Assembly (NCBI GenBank): GCA_965204725.1
Contig: OZ242005.1
Coordinates: forward strand, 2,560,001-2,624,000
Length of the DNA: 64,000 bases
DNA from: Candidatus Latescibacterota bacterium
Lineage (GTDB): Bacteria; Latescibacterota; UBA2968; UBA8231
Reading direction: 5' to 3'
This document shows, piece by piece, positions 49,208 to 58,427 of this stretch. How positions within the stretch are numbered: the stretch's first letter is position 1; each line of letters opens with the position of its first letter. The notes under the pieces are model-generated. The model was not told where the DNA came from. It ran no database searches and worked only from the letters and a program-made list of their open reading frames with translations. Made by a program: the position numbers and the translations under genes.

Positions 49208-52200
49208 CCACTATCTTTCGTCAGAAGTCGCTTCACTAGTGGATTAAAAGACCAACTATCACGGTATTGCAGTAATCCGAGACGTTTAGCCCAATCCAGT
49301 CGTTGACTCAAAATCCCATCAGATGAAGAGTTTTCCTTCATCTCAGACAACAACTCCTCTACCCCTTTCGCATCCTCAGAAGTGAATGCCTCGTACTCAA
49401 GCAGAGCCTGAAGCTGATTTTTAATTTCAGGAGAGTCAATACCCAAGAGCTTTAGCCACTCCTCACGTTCTTCTATGATCGTGTTATTGATCTCCTCAAT
49501 TAGCGTGTCCAAGTTAGTCGATGATAGCTGGTAGAACTTCTCCAAGATAAAAGGCCATCCACCAGAGATGTCGAGCAAATCTTTCACCTTAGATTGGTCA
49601 ATTAGCAGGTTATTATCATCGCACCATTGGCGTAAAAAAATGTGATTCCATGGACCCGCATAAATCCAATCGATACGTCTATTGTCCTCAGTAGTCTCCA
49701 GTATGTGCCACAGCTTAGCCGAGTCCGCTACAAAAACGACTCGAATATAAGGTCCTCTCTGAATAGCATCTAGGGAATTGGTTGCTTCCTCGATCCAATG
49801 TACATCCCAAGAAGTCTCCAAAGGCACCAAATACACATGAGTGCCTTGTCTCGCATCTGGACGTAATTTTCTCAGATGCTTGCTGAAGGCATCCACATCC
49901 TTAAACCGCTCTAATTCTTGGTACAATGGGCTTTCTTTTTTAGGGTGGCCCAATTCTATACGGCCCGAAAGAAACTCTCCAATATCCTCAATATTCACCG
50001 CGTTTGTGCCCGTCACTACCGTCACGCCACCATTACGTCTTAGCTGTGCCTCCTGCTCATAGCTCAGTGGTCCACGCCTAGGTGATTTGTCATCTCCTTT
50101 GTATCTCGCATGGAACGAGGCGGGCTCAAAGACTTTTGGCATTTCGTGCTGTTTGTCAAGCACTTGCTCAATTTCATCACTCGTTCCTAATAACAAGAGA
50201 ATATTGGGATTGCGAAGGGTATATCGGGCACTATCTTTCACTTGGCGCAACACACCAAGACCCTCCATCTCATGGAGAAGTACGTACAACTCGACATCAG
50301 GAATTTCAAAACCTTCCGGCCACCAAGTTCGTACCACTTCCGCTATTCGGTATCGATTCAATCCTTGTGCAATGTTTTTAGCGTTTCCCTGCAATTCGAA
50401 TGCCATTGCATAAGCAATGACCTCGTATCGCGGGTCTAACTGCAAAGTTAGCAAAAAGCGTCCGCGAATGTTTTGTCGGAGTCCATCCCTGATAAACGAG
50501 GCTTCGATGTCCTCCATGCTTATTTTATAGTGAACTTCCTGTGAGGAATCCCGCAAGTACCTGAGAAGTTCGGCACCATATAGTTGAACGAGCGACGGGT
50601 AGTAGTTGGTCTGTGCAAGTATGTGAGTGATCAGGTTATCTCCTGCGAACTGATATCCAACTGAGGATAACGGCTGACGAATTAGAGATCGAGCTTCTTG
50701 CCATTCACCATTCGAGAGAAGCGGGCCAAGACAAATAGGTTCTCCTAAGTGGGCGAGAGGGTGATTGGCCTGCTCTGTAGTCCTCAAGACGTTGTGTAAT
50801 CCAGCAAAGACGACCTTGAATTTCCTGCCGGTTTCTTCCATCAACCCCTTTAGGCGTGTAGATTCGCGAAAATCCGATTTCGCATCGAGTTTCAAGAACT
50901 CGTCCGACTCGTCCAACAGCACCAATAACCGACCTTCTTTGCGTTCTCTGATGATGTTCTCGAGAGTACTGATCCAGCGACGATGTCCAGCTTGTCCCTG
51001 TCGCGCTTGACTGTCATCGGGCACGAGTTCGACCTTGATCAATTCGTCCCACAGAACACGCCATATATCTTCTGCTGGACGAGCGTAGCCTATCTCGCAA
51101 ACCTTGAGATCGACATATATAGCGACGTTTCCCTTCTCCGGGCGGTGGAAAGTAGCCTTGACGGAGCGAAGTAGGGCAGTCTTGCCGAGTTGACGGCCTC
51201 CGTAGACAAAACAGCTTCCGTATTCATCTATAATCGCACTGTGTTCTCTCGCACGGCCATAAAACATTTCAGGTGGCACCAAGCTCGAAGTCGTAATAAA
51301 CGGTTCGGCCGACGTAAATGGTAGGGTACAGCTAAAAAATGCATGTAACCGGCCGGAGGTCACAGTGGAAAGGAACAGGACGAGAGCCTCATCGACTACA
51401 AGAAACAATTTATGATGCTGTATCGCCCAGTTGCGGAGCCACTCGCGATCAGATGTCAATAGTCCAAAGTGGAAGACCATTGTATGGTCGTGTGCATCGC
51501 TCGACTGGATTAACGATTCTCTGGCCGGTTTCTTCCAATTCAATAGGATTCTATATTGTCCGTTTGCCGCCGAGCCAAATATATGGAGCGGGCATAGATC
51601 CCGATCTCGAAGGGGTTCCGTCTCTACCTTGGCGGATGTTTTGCTATCGGACGAGACACGTTTTACTACAAACCCCAATAGTTCCAAGAACTCTCTGAGG
51701 AGATGCTCGTCAACGTCATGGTATTGGAGTTTTGACATTTTATACCAAATCTCTAGTAAACGAGCCGCCCGTTTTGCGTCCTGTTTCGCAATAGAACTAA
51801 AATCGAGGCCTGCGACAGGTCTACATGTCGCCACAGTTCTTACGATCTTGTCGTACGTTGGACGGTCTGCCGCATCCAGAGTGCTCTCGATCTCCAATCT
51901 CTTCGTCTGGAATTCATCGAACTGACCGCGTTCATCCGATTGTTCTATTATCTGTTCGCCACTACTCAACCTTCCGATTTGTTCTCGGGCAGTTACGAAG
52001 TCGCCCTCTTCAATAGCGGCTTCCACAATCGACTTTTCTTTCGAGGTTATCTGAGGGAGCTCGTTCAAATAATTGCGAGTGTCCTCGACACCCTTAGTGC
52101 GATACTGAGCGAGGTATTCTCTAATATCAGCGAACTCTTTTTCGTTGTACAAGATAGACTCCGGAGTCGAGAATTCCTGCAGAATTCGCGCCGCTAGGTC

Positions 52201-55200
52201 GTTTCGTACGTCTTCGTCGATCCAACCCGAGTAGTAAGCCCGCTCTATTTCTTCGATTAGTTTAGACTGTTTGTTGCGTAGTTTTTCACATCGCTGACTG
52301 ACAACTTCCTTGAGTTTGGTTCGACAGTGAGCCTCGTCCTGATCGGTGATGGAAGCCATGTGGTCACAAACGAGATTTGCGCCGATTAAGTCATCCCGCT
52401 TCAGACGAGCATCGAACGCTTCTATCAGTGTCGAGACGTGAGAGTCCAAATCATTGAGATGATCAACAGCCGAGTTCGAGTCCTGATCAACGACTAGTTC
52501 GTATTCTCTGTTGATATCCAGTGCGGTAACGTAAAGAAGGTCTTGGGACAAGATGACGGCAGGTTTTTCGGTGAAGACAGAAGTGTCCGTATCTTCACTG
52601 ATCTCGAATAATCTCGTCAGTGCCTTGATAGTTTTGTGACTTATTGTGAGGGCGGATGCGAGCGGTAAGGGTGGGCATTCGCTTTGGACTTGCTCAATTG
52701 CTGCAAGTGCGGAATCCCTGTGCTGGATTACGACAGTACGCAACTCCTCGATAGCCCGCTCAAAGAATTTTTTCTGATCTGGCTTTACTTCCATCAGTGA
52801 CAACCATTCTTGAGCGAGATCAAGTATGGGTTTCAGATGGTTTTTGAGTTGCTCTAGAGCACGTGCCTCAATGTTCCGGCCAGTCTGCCGACCGATCTTG
52901 TTGCGATCGGTATCACGGACGAGGTTCTGAAACTCTCGTTGCTCCTTAAGCTGCTTCTGAAGTTCTTGAATTCTCGTTCGGTTCTTTTCTTCGGCATTCG
53001 ACAGCAACTCTGCAAGATCATGCAATATCTCACCCTTGAGTTGCCACCTTCGCCAGACTTCATGCGCCGGTGCAAACATGATTCGCTGAGCTTTCGCCTC
53101 GTCTCGCCACGCCTCGACTCTCGCTGCGTGATCTTTAAACCGGCTTTCTAGAAAGGTTTTGTTGAGTGCCGTTTGAAGTCTCATGACATCGAGAGGCACA
53201 TTATAAAATTTACCTATTTTGTCTATGACACCACGAGCGAACTCGGATACCGGCGCAAGTTTATCTAACAGCTTCACTTCTTTCAGAATCCGTAGGGCAC
53301 CGGTTTGCGGCGCAAATATAGCGGGTCGTAGTGCAGCGGAGAATAACAACAGGTTGAGCGCGTCTTGAGCTTTCTCTTGGACTTTAGTGTCGTAACGGGT
53401 CAAGTCGCCGATGGCGTTAAGGTGGTTTCCAAGCTCTTTTACGATCTCCCCCTCTGGCCCGTACACTGAATTTCCCAAGGCTGTTGCGGCAATCAGATCC
53501 GCAGGCGGAAATACCGCGCTCGTGCGGTCTTCTTCGGGAGTCAGCCGTGCTATGTGATACGCGATTCCTAGTCGGTCATTTCCTATAGTTCGCCACAGGT
53601 TGAGTGCTCGTAGGTCAAGTGGGGCGTCGCTGATCTCCGATCCTTGGTAGCGAACGTCGGTATCCTCGGACTCATACCGCGTACCAGCGTTGTCAGTGTC
53701 GCCATCGGATATGCTATTATCAGTCAATTCATCAGCACCCGGCAACATGGGTATAGGCAGTTCTGGGACATTCGTCTGGTGGGTTGCCGTGGTATCCTCA
53801 TCCGCTACGTTTAGGCGTGGCTCGCTCGCGTCTTGATCAGCTTGCTCCTGATCGGGAGCTTCCTGCTCTATGTCCTCTGACTGAATATCATCTCGGCCAT
53901 CGGTTGGTTCCACAACCGCGATACTAGGTGCTTGGAGATCTGCCCATTCGCGCTCATAATCTCGTTGATCTTCGTACTCATGACCTTCTGGCAATGCCGC
54001 TTTTAGAACACGGTACATCGCTTTGGTTTCTTGAGTTGTTGAATCAGCGAGATCAGTACGAAATTCCTCTATTTCCTCGCGGAGGCTGAATTGCAAGGAA
54101 GGGTCTTTTGTTACAGTATTTTCTGCTTCTGAGATTCTCTGCTTTAGTTCAGTGATACGGTCGGTCACCATGTGCAAATTACTGACAGCACTTGCTAAAT
54201 TTTGCTTGACGCGCTCTGCATCGGCTTGAAGGGCTTCAACGTCTGCTTGGTCCTCAACTAGGTAGGTGAGCTTCCAAACCGAATGTATCTTAGACAAAGG
54301 CAACCAAGATACGTCGCCGGTATGCAATCTGATGTCTTCGATAACTCCTTCCACAAGTCGTTCGGATTGAACTGCCACGTATGCCGTCAGTACAGATTCA
54401 CGAAGTTTCCCCACCTCATCAAACAGCCTCGACAGGTCGTTGAATAACAGGTCGTCTGACGGATTATCACCGAGTTTGTGTGCAGTGTCCGCTAGTGCCT
54501 CACACACTTTGCGAAACGCCCCCTCAACATCTTCTCTTTCCCCCTTAGCAGTCTCGCTGGGAAACTGTGGAAGAAGTGCTTCCTTTTCATGTGCGTCTAC
54601 GTTGGGGGCTGGAGATGAACTGGGTAAAGCAAACTCGAAATCCTCAGCAAGCTCCTCGACTTCGTTGGCTGCCCAGATGAGCAATCGGATGTCATCCAGA
54701 ATTGTCGCAACAGAGAATGCGGCGAGTGCAACATGGGTTTGTCGGTCCAGCGGAAGTTCGTTCCACTTCATTAGGTCGCTGTAGATCGCTGGCAGAGCGG
54801 CAAGAGCTGGCCTCTGCCAATCATTGGATTTGACAGAGGGCTCGAAGAAGTCAACACAATTATTAAGTGCTTCCTCGTCCATCTCAGCTTGGAATAGACC
54901 CTCGTCGTAGTTTTTGATTGCACATGCTTCCAAGGAACGGGAGAGAGGACTTTGAGTCTTGGCACCGTTAACCAAGTCCATCCATAGTTTTCGCCGTTCC
55001 TGAGGTAGTTCATAGAAGAACTGTAGACGAAGAGCCGGAGTCTGAAGATCGGGAGACAGGAGTCTGAGATCTTTTAGAGTACTTTTGATGAACGCGTCAA
55101 TCTTCCGCCTAACCGACCGGGCTTCAGCCTCAATGCCGAGAAGTACGCGAAGTGGCTTAAGATATCTCCCAGATAGTAATCGGCTGGGTAACCCTTTAGG

Positions 55201-55224
55201 CATCTTGTGATTTGCTTTCATCAT
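49204..55224 (-). CDS. Giant P-loop NTPase (STAND/AAA-like), 2006 aa
   Basis: MFYGRARE, Walker A YGGRQLGKT, Walker B LLVLLDESD, VVFAG; long helical N-terminus; GGAGG RBS. Confidence 0.8.
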   Translation of the reverse strand: MMKANHKMPKGLPSRLLSGRYLKPLRVLLGIEAEARSVRRKIDAFIKSTLKDLRLLSPDLQTPALRLQFFYELPQERRKLWMDLVNGAKTQSPLSRSLEACAIKNYDEGLFQAEMDEEALNNCVDFFEPSVKSNDWQRPALAALPAIYSDLMKWNELPLDRQTHVALAAFSVATILDDIRLLIWAANEVEELAEDFEFALPSSSPAPNVDAHEKEALLPQFPSETAKGEREDVEGAFRKVCEALADTAHKLGDNPSDDLLFNDLSRLFDEVGKLRESVLTAYVAVQSERLVEGVIEDIRLHTGDVSWLPLSKIHSVWKLTYLVEDQADVEALQADAERVKQNLASAVSNLHMVTDRITELKQRISEAENTVTKDPSLQFSLREEIEEFRTDLADSTTQETKAMYRVLKAALPEGHEYEDQRDYEREWADLQAPSIAVVEPTDGRDDIQSEDIEQEAPDQEQADQDASEPRLNVADEDTTATHQTNVPELPIPMLPGADELTDNSISDGDTDNAGTRYESEDTDVRYQGSEISDAPLDLRALNLWRTIGNDRLGIAYHIARLTPEEDRTSAVFPPADLIAATALGNSVYGPEGEIVKELGNHLNAIGDLTRYDTKVQEKAQDALNLLLFSAALRPAIFAPQTGALRILKEVKLLDKLAPVSEFARGVIDKIGKFYNVPLDVMRLQTALNKTFLESRFKDHAARVEAWRDEAKAQRIMFAPAHEVWRRWQLKGEILHDLAELLSNAEEKNRTRIQELQKQLKEQREFQNLVRDTDRNKIGRQTGRNIEARALEQLKNHLKPILDLAQEWLSLMEVKPDQKKFFERAIEELRTVVIQHRDSALAAIEQVQSECPPLPLASALTISHKTIKALTRLFEISEDTDTSVFTEKPAVILSQDLLYVTALDINREYELVVDQDSNSAVDHLNDLDSHVSTLIEAFDARLKRDDLIGANLVCDHMASITDQDEAHCRTKLKEVVSQRCEKLRNKQSKLIEEIERAYYSGWIDEDVRNDLAARILQEFSTPESILYNEKEFADIREYLAQYRTKGVEDTRNYLNELPQITSKEKSIVEAAIEEGDFVTAREQIGRLSSGEQIIEQSDERGQFDEFQTKRLEIESTLDAADRPTYDKIVRTVATCRPVAGLDFSSIAKQDAKRAARLLEIWYKMSKLQYHDVDEHLLREFLELLGFVVKRVSSDSKTSAKVETEPLRDRDLCPLHIFGSAANGQYRILLNWKKPARESLIQSSDAHDHTMVFHFGLLTSDREWLRNWAIQHHKLFLVVDEALVLFLSTVTSGRLHAFFSCTLPFTSAEPFITTSSLVPPEMFYGRAREHSAIIDEYGSCFVYGGRQLGKTALLRSVKATFHRPEKGNVAIYVDLKVCEIGYARPAEDIWRVLWDELIKVELVPDDSQARQGQAGHRRWISTLENIIRERKEGRLLVLLDESDEFLKLDAKSDFRESTRLKGLMEETGRKFKVVFAGLHNVLRTTEQANHPLAHLGEPICLGPLLSNGEWQEARSLIRQPLSSVGYQFAGDNLITHILAQTNYYPSLVQLYGAELLRYLRDSSQEVHYKISMEDIEASFIRDGLRQNIRGRFLLTLQLDPRYEVIAYAMAFELQGNAKNIAQGLNRYRIAEVVRTWWPEGFEIPDVELYVLLHEMEGLGVLRQVKDSARYTLRNPNILLLLGTSDEIEQVLDKQHEMPKVFEPASFHARYKGDDKSPRRGPLSYEQEAQLRRNGGVTVVTGTNAVNIEDIGEFLSGRIELGHPKKESPLYQELERFKDVDAFSKHLRKLRPDARQGTHVYLVPLETSWDVHWIEEATNSLDAIQRGPYIRVVFVADSAKLWHILETTEDNRRIDWIYAGPWNHIFLRQWCDDNNLLIDQSKVKDLLDISGGWPFILEKFYQLSSTNLDTLIEEINNTIIEEREEWLKLLGIDSPEIKNQLQALLEYEAFTSEDAKGVEELLSEMKENSSSDGILSQRLDWAKRLGLLQYRDSWSFNPLVKRLLTKDSG

Positions 55225-55447
55225 GCCTCCAAAGAGAGGGTATTAACTAAATCTTTCCGTGCAAGCTGTCAACCCTTGATTCGTCTCACTTAATACTTCA
55301 TTGCGCCCACAGGGCCTGAGGCCACCCGCTCGCAGATGCTTCTTCGCTATATCCGGTAGCAGTGGGCATAGCTCGGCTATCTTGGCAGTAGAAATTTTGA
55401 CGGGAGGGGGTATCTTCTGCGAGGGGATTGTTCGCTACGAGCTACTT

Positions 55448-56338
55448 TTACGCTCCTAGTAGCCATTCGAGCAAGCGTTGGCCAAAGTCCGGGGCCAAGT
55501 GCGGTACGTGCGCCCCTTGCACCATGGTCCACAACTCGATGGTGGCGTCGTTGCGGCAGCCCGTGCGGTAGCGGGTGCGGGTCGTCTCGGGGCCGTCGAG
55601 GTCTTGGTCGAGGTCGAGCGGGGGAAGGGTTTCTGGCTCGGTGAGGTTGCAGCGGGCGAGCGCGGCCCAGCGCAACGCGACTTCTTCCGCGCCGGCGTAC
55701 TCCTGCTCGCCGGTGCTCCCGTCGTAGGCTATTACTTGGTCGGCCGTGCCGTGGATTTGCAGCACCGAGACCGGGGACGCAAAGGCACAGCGCGAGGGGT
55801 CGCTAAAGGAAGTGCCGGCGAGGCTGGCAATGGCGACTAGCCGGGGGATGCCTTCGCAGGCGAGCCGGTAGGACATAAAGCCGCCGTTGGAGTGCCCGAG
55901 GACGAAGATGCGCTCTACGGCGATATGCGTGGCGGCCTCTTCGAGCAACCCTGAAAGGTACTGCACGTCATCGACTTGGGTGTTGTGGAGGTCGCAGCAG
56001 AAGTCCGTGGCGTTCCAGAAGCGATGGCCGTCGGGATCACGTGTGCCATTGGCCATAACGAGGGCGAAGCGATGGGCATTCACCCGCTTTGAGAGGCCAA
56101 AATAGCGGTCGTGCTCGGCCAAATGGCTAGTGAAACCGTGCAGGCTGAGCACGAGCGGAATCGGCGTTTCGGGGTCGTGGTCGGCTGGGAGAACTAGGAG
56201 GGCCGGGCGTTCGCCGCCTAACGTGTGGACGAGGTGATTTTCGCTTAGGTTGGAGATCAACTCGGTCGGGGACATTTCGCCACAGGCGAAGGATATCAGA
56301 GATGACAGAATAGCAAAAATGCTTCTTCTTTTTCTCAT
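55448..56338 (-). CDS. PHB depolymerase/LpqC-like alpha/beta hydrolase, possibly a lipoprotein
   Basis: LSLHG, WNATDFCC, GHSNGG, IHGTAD; signal ending SFAC. Confidence 0.85.
   Translation of the reverse strand: MRKRRSIFAILSSLISFACGEMSPTELISNLSENHLVHTLGGERPALLVLPADHDPETPIPLVLSLHGFTSHLAEHDRYFGLSKRVNAHRFALVMANGTRDPDGHRFWNATDFCCDLHNTQVDDVQYLSGLLEEAATHIAVERIFVLGHSNGGFMSYRLACEGIPRLVAIASLAGTSFSDPSRCAFASPVSVLQIHGTADQVIAYDGSTGEQEYAGAEEVALRWAALARCNLTEPETLPPLDLDQDLDGPETTRTRYRTGCRNDATIELWTMVQGAHVPHLAPDFGQRLLEWLLGA
55461..55482. repeat. 22-bp direct repeat, right copy
   Basis: Identical to 48065-48086; lies within the esterase 3' end. Confidence 0.9.
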
Positions 56339-56463
56339 AATATTAGCCCTCCTTTCCGTTTTCGATCTACAAATTGACGAAGAATGACGCCCACACTCAG
56401 TAGGCGGTGAACCGCCCAAAGCTCAATTTTAATCTACGGAATAAGACCAACAATACCAACGCG

Positions 56464-57492
56464 CTAGGCGGCGAGTTCGCCCTTGCGATAGGCGCGGAGG
56501 AAGGCGACGCAGTACTCGTCGCGGCCCAGCAGCATATCCTCGGCCAGTTGGTAGGGACGGGCTTGGCGGTCAATGGCAAAGAGGGCGGCTAGCGAGGTGG
56601 TCGTCGGATCCATAATCGCGCTGTCGGCACCCGCTTCGACGGCCAGCAAAAGGAAGACATCGTTGATCAAATGGCGGCAGGGCAGGCCGAAGGAGACGTT
56701 GGAGAAGCCGCCGGTGATGTGGACTTCGGCCCCCAACTCGTCGCGCAGTTGGCGAATGGCGTCAAAGGCGTGGTGGCCGAATTGCGCGTCAACCGAGATG
56801 GGGAAGATCAAGGGGTCGATGTAGAGGTCAGAAAGCGGCAGGTCCAATTCCTGTGCCTTATCGACCATGCGCCGAGCGTGATCAATTCGTTCCTCAGCAC
56901 TTTGCGGCATACCGGACTCGCCAGCCGCCGTGATGACGACTTGGGCGTTGTATTGTTTGGCCAGCACTAGGGCTTCGGGCCGCTCTAAAGACGCGGAGTT
57001 GAGCAGCAGGCGCTGGGGGTGGTCGGCACCGGCTTCGAGGCCGACGGCGAGGGTATCTATTTGGGAGGAGTCAATGGCCAGAGCCGTCTGCGACATGGCC
57101 GATACCGCCTGCACCAGCCAGCGCATGGCCTCTTGTTGCTCTGCCGGCTTGAGCGATATTTCATCGACATTGAGGTCGAGAAAATCGGTGCCGGCCGCTT
57201 CTTGGCGCTGTACTTGACGGCGGAGGTAGTCGAGGGCATCCGCGTTGCCGAGCATGGCCTGTTGCACGGCGATCTTGAGGTGTTTGACGCGGCCTTCCTC
57301 GTAGTCTTGGGTTGTTTTGACGGCGTCGGGAATCGAGAGGAAGCGGCGCGTGTTGTTGGCGTCGCGGAAGCGCACGGATTCAACGCCTTGGGGGTCTGGG
57401 CCGATGAGCTTGCCTTTGCGCAAGACGACGCGGGTGGTGTGGATGTTTTCGCCGATGACGACGAAGGGACGGTCCGTACCGGGGATGTTCAT
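56464..57492 (-). CDS. Pterin-binding methyltetrahydrofolate:corrinoid methyltransferase (MetH/AcsE module)
   Basis: VIGENIH, LDLNVD, AIDSS, LNSAS, IDPL, GGFSNVSFGLP. Confidence 0.88.
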   Translation of the reverse strand: MNIPGTDRPFVVIGENIHTTRVVLRKGKLIGPDPQGVESVRFRDANNTRRFLSIPDAVKTTQDYEEGRVKHLKIAVQQAMLGNADALDYLRRQVQRQEAAGTDFLDLNVDEISLKPAEQQEAMRWLVQAVSAMSQTALAIDSSQIDTLAVGLEAGADHPQRLLLNSASLERPEALVLAKQYNAQVVITAAGESGMPQSAEERIDHARRMVDKAQELDLPLSDLYIDPLIFPISVDAQFGHHAFDAIRQLRDELGAEVHITGGFSNVSFGLPCRHLINDVFLLLAVEAGADSAIMDPTTTSLAALFAIDRQARPYQLAEDMLLGRDEYCVAFLRAYRKGELAA

Positions 57493-57603
57493 TGGAGTTC
57501 CGTATTGGGGTGAATGGGCGTTGTTGCACGAAGTTGAATAAGATAGGCTCTAGGGATGCGATTCGCTGATTAGAATATCGCCTCCTCCATTTTGGGTCAA
57601 CCC

Positions 57604-58338
57604 TTAGAAGTGGGCGTCTCCAAGGTGTCCTTTCATCTCAAGTTGTAGCAAGCGACAGAGCCTGTCCGCGAACATCTCAACGCCGGGCAGTTCTGTGTAG
57701 TTGTGGGAATACACCGCCACGTTGAGTTCGTGGTGCCGGGCGTATTCGAGTAGATAAACATTGGTTTCTCCCGTCAGGTACATATCGATGTCATGGGCCA
57801 TGGCATCCCGAATGTAGCTGGTGTAGATACCGGCTCCCGTGACGCAACCTATCCGTTGAACTGTTCGATTCGCGTCGTACATGCTGCGTGGTTGCTCTTG
57901 CAGGAGCGAATTCAGTGTCGCGCAAACCGACTGGAAGCTCGTCGGGGCAGGCAGTTTGCCGATGCGAGCCTCGCCTGCTGAAGGTTTATAAACATGGCGA
58001 CACCCGATTTTGGCGAGCAGGGTGGACGATGTGCCAAAGTCTGCTAGATCCAACGGCAGATGCGCCCAGATATGCGTTAAGCCTTCGTCTTGGAGCAGAT
58101 CATGCACCGCATCTCTTTGCTCAAACATGAATTTCCACGCGTCGTGATGGGTCACAATGACATCTACGCGGCGGTCCACGGCCTCGTAGATCGTCCTAGG
58201 CGTAATCGTAGTCGAATAGCCCAACGAGGTCGGCTGGTCGCAGTGCTCTACGATTCCCCATTCATCCGGGTGATCATCGAGAAACCTTTTAGAAAAAAGA
58301 TCATCCAACGCAGCGCGAATCATGCTAGGGTTTCCCAC
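57604..58338 (-). CDS. Nif3-like dinuclear metal protein
   Basis: IVTHHD, AHLPLD, VTGAG, YLTGE, SHNYTE; lower GC than neighbours. Confidence 0.85.
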   Translation of the reverse strand: MGNPSMIRAALDDLFSKRFLDDHPDEWGIVEHCDQPTSLGYSTTITPRTIYEAVDRRVDVIVTHHDAWKFMFEQRDAVHDLLQDEGLTHIWAHLPLDLADFGTSSTLLAKIGCRHVYKPSAGEARIGKLPAPTSFQSVCATLNSLLQEQPRSMYDANRTVQRIGCVTGAGIYTSYIRDAMAHDIDMYLTGETNVYLLEYARHHELNVAVYSHNYTELPGVEMFADRLCRLLQLEMKGHLGDAHF

Positions 58339-58427
58339 TCTGATTTATTCTGGAGTGTACTCTTGGTGTTTGGATATATGCCTATTTTCTATCAGAATAT
58401 ACGGTCAATCTCAATTTGAAGCCGCGA

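Larger units (their letters stand above)
48087..55460. mobile_element. Lower-GC island inserted into an esterase 3' end (no integrase seen)
   Basis: Flanked by the 22-bp direct repeat; compositionally distinct. Confidence 0.75.
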
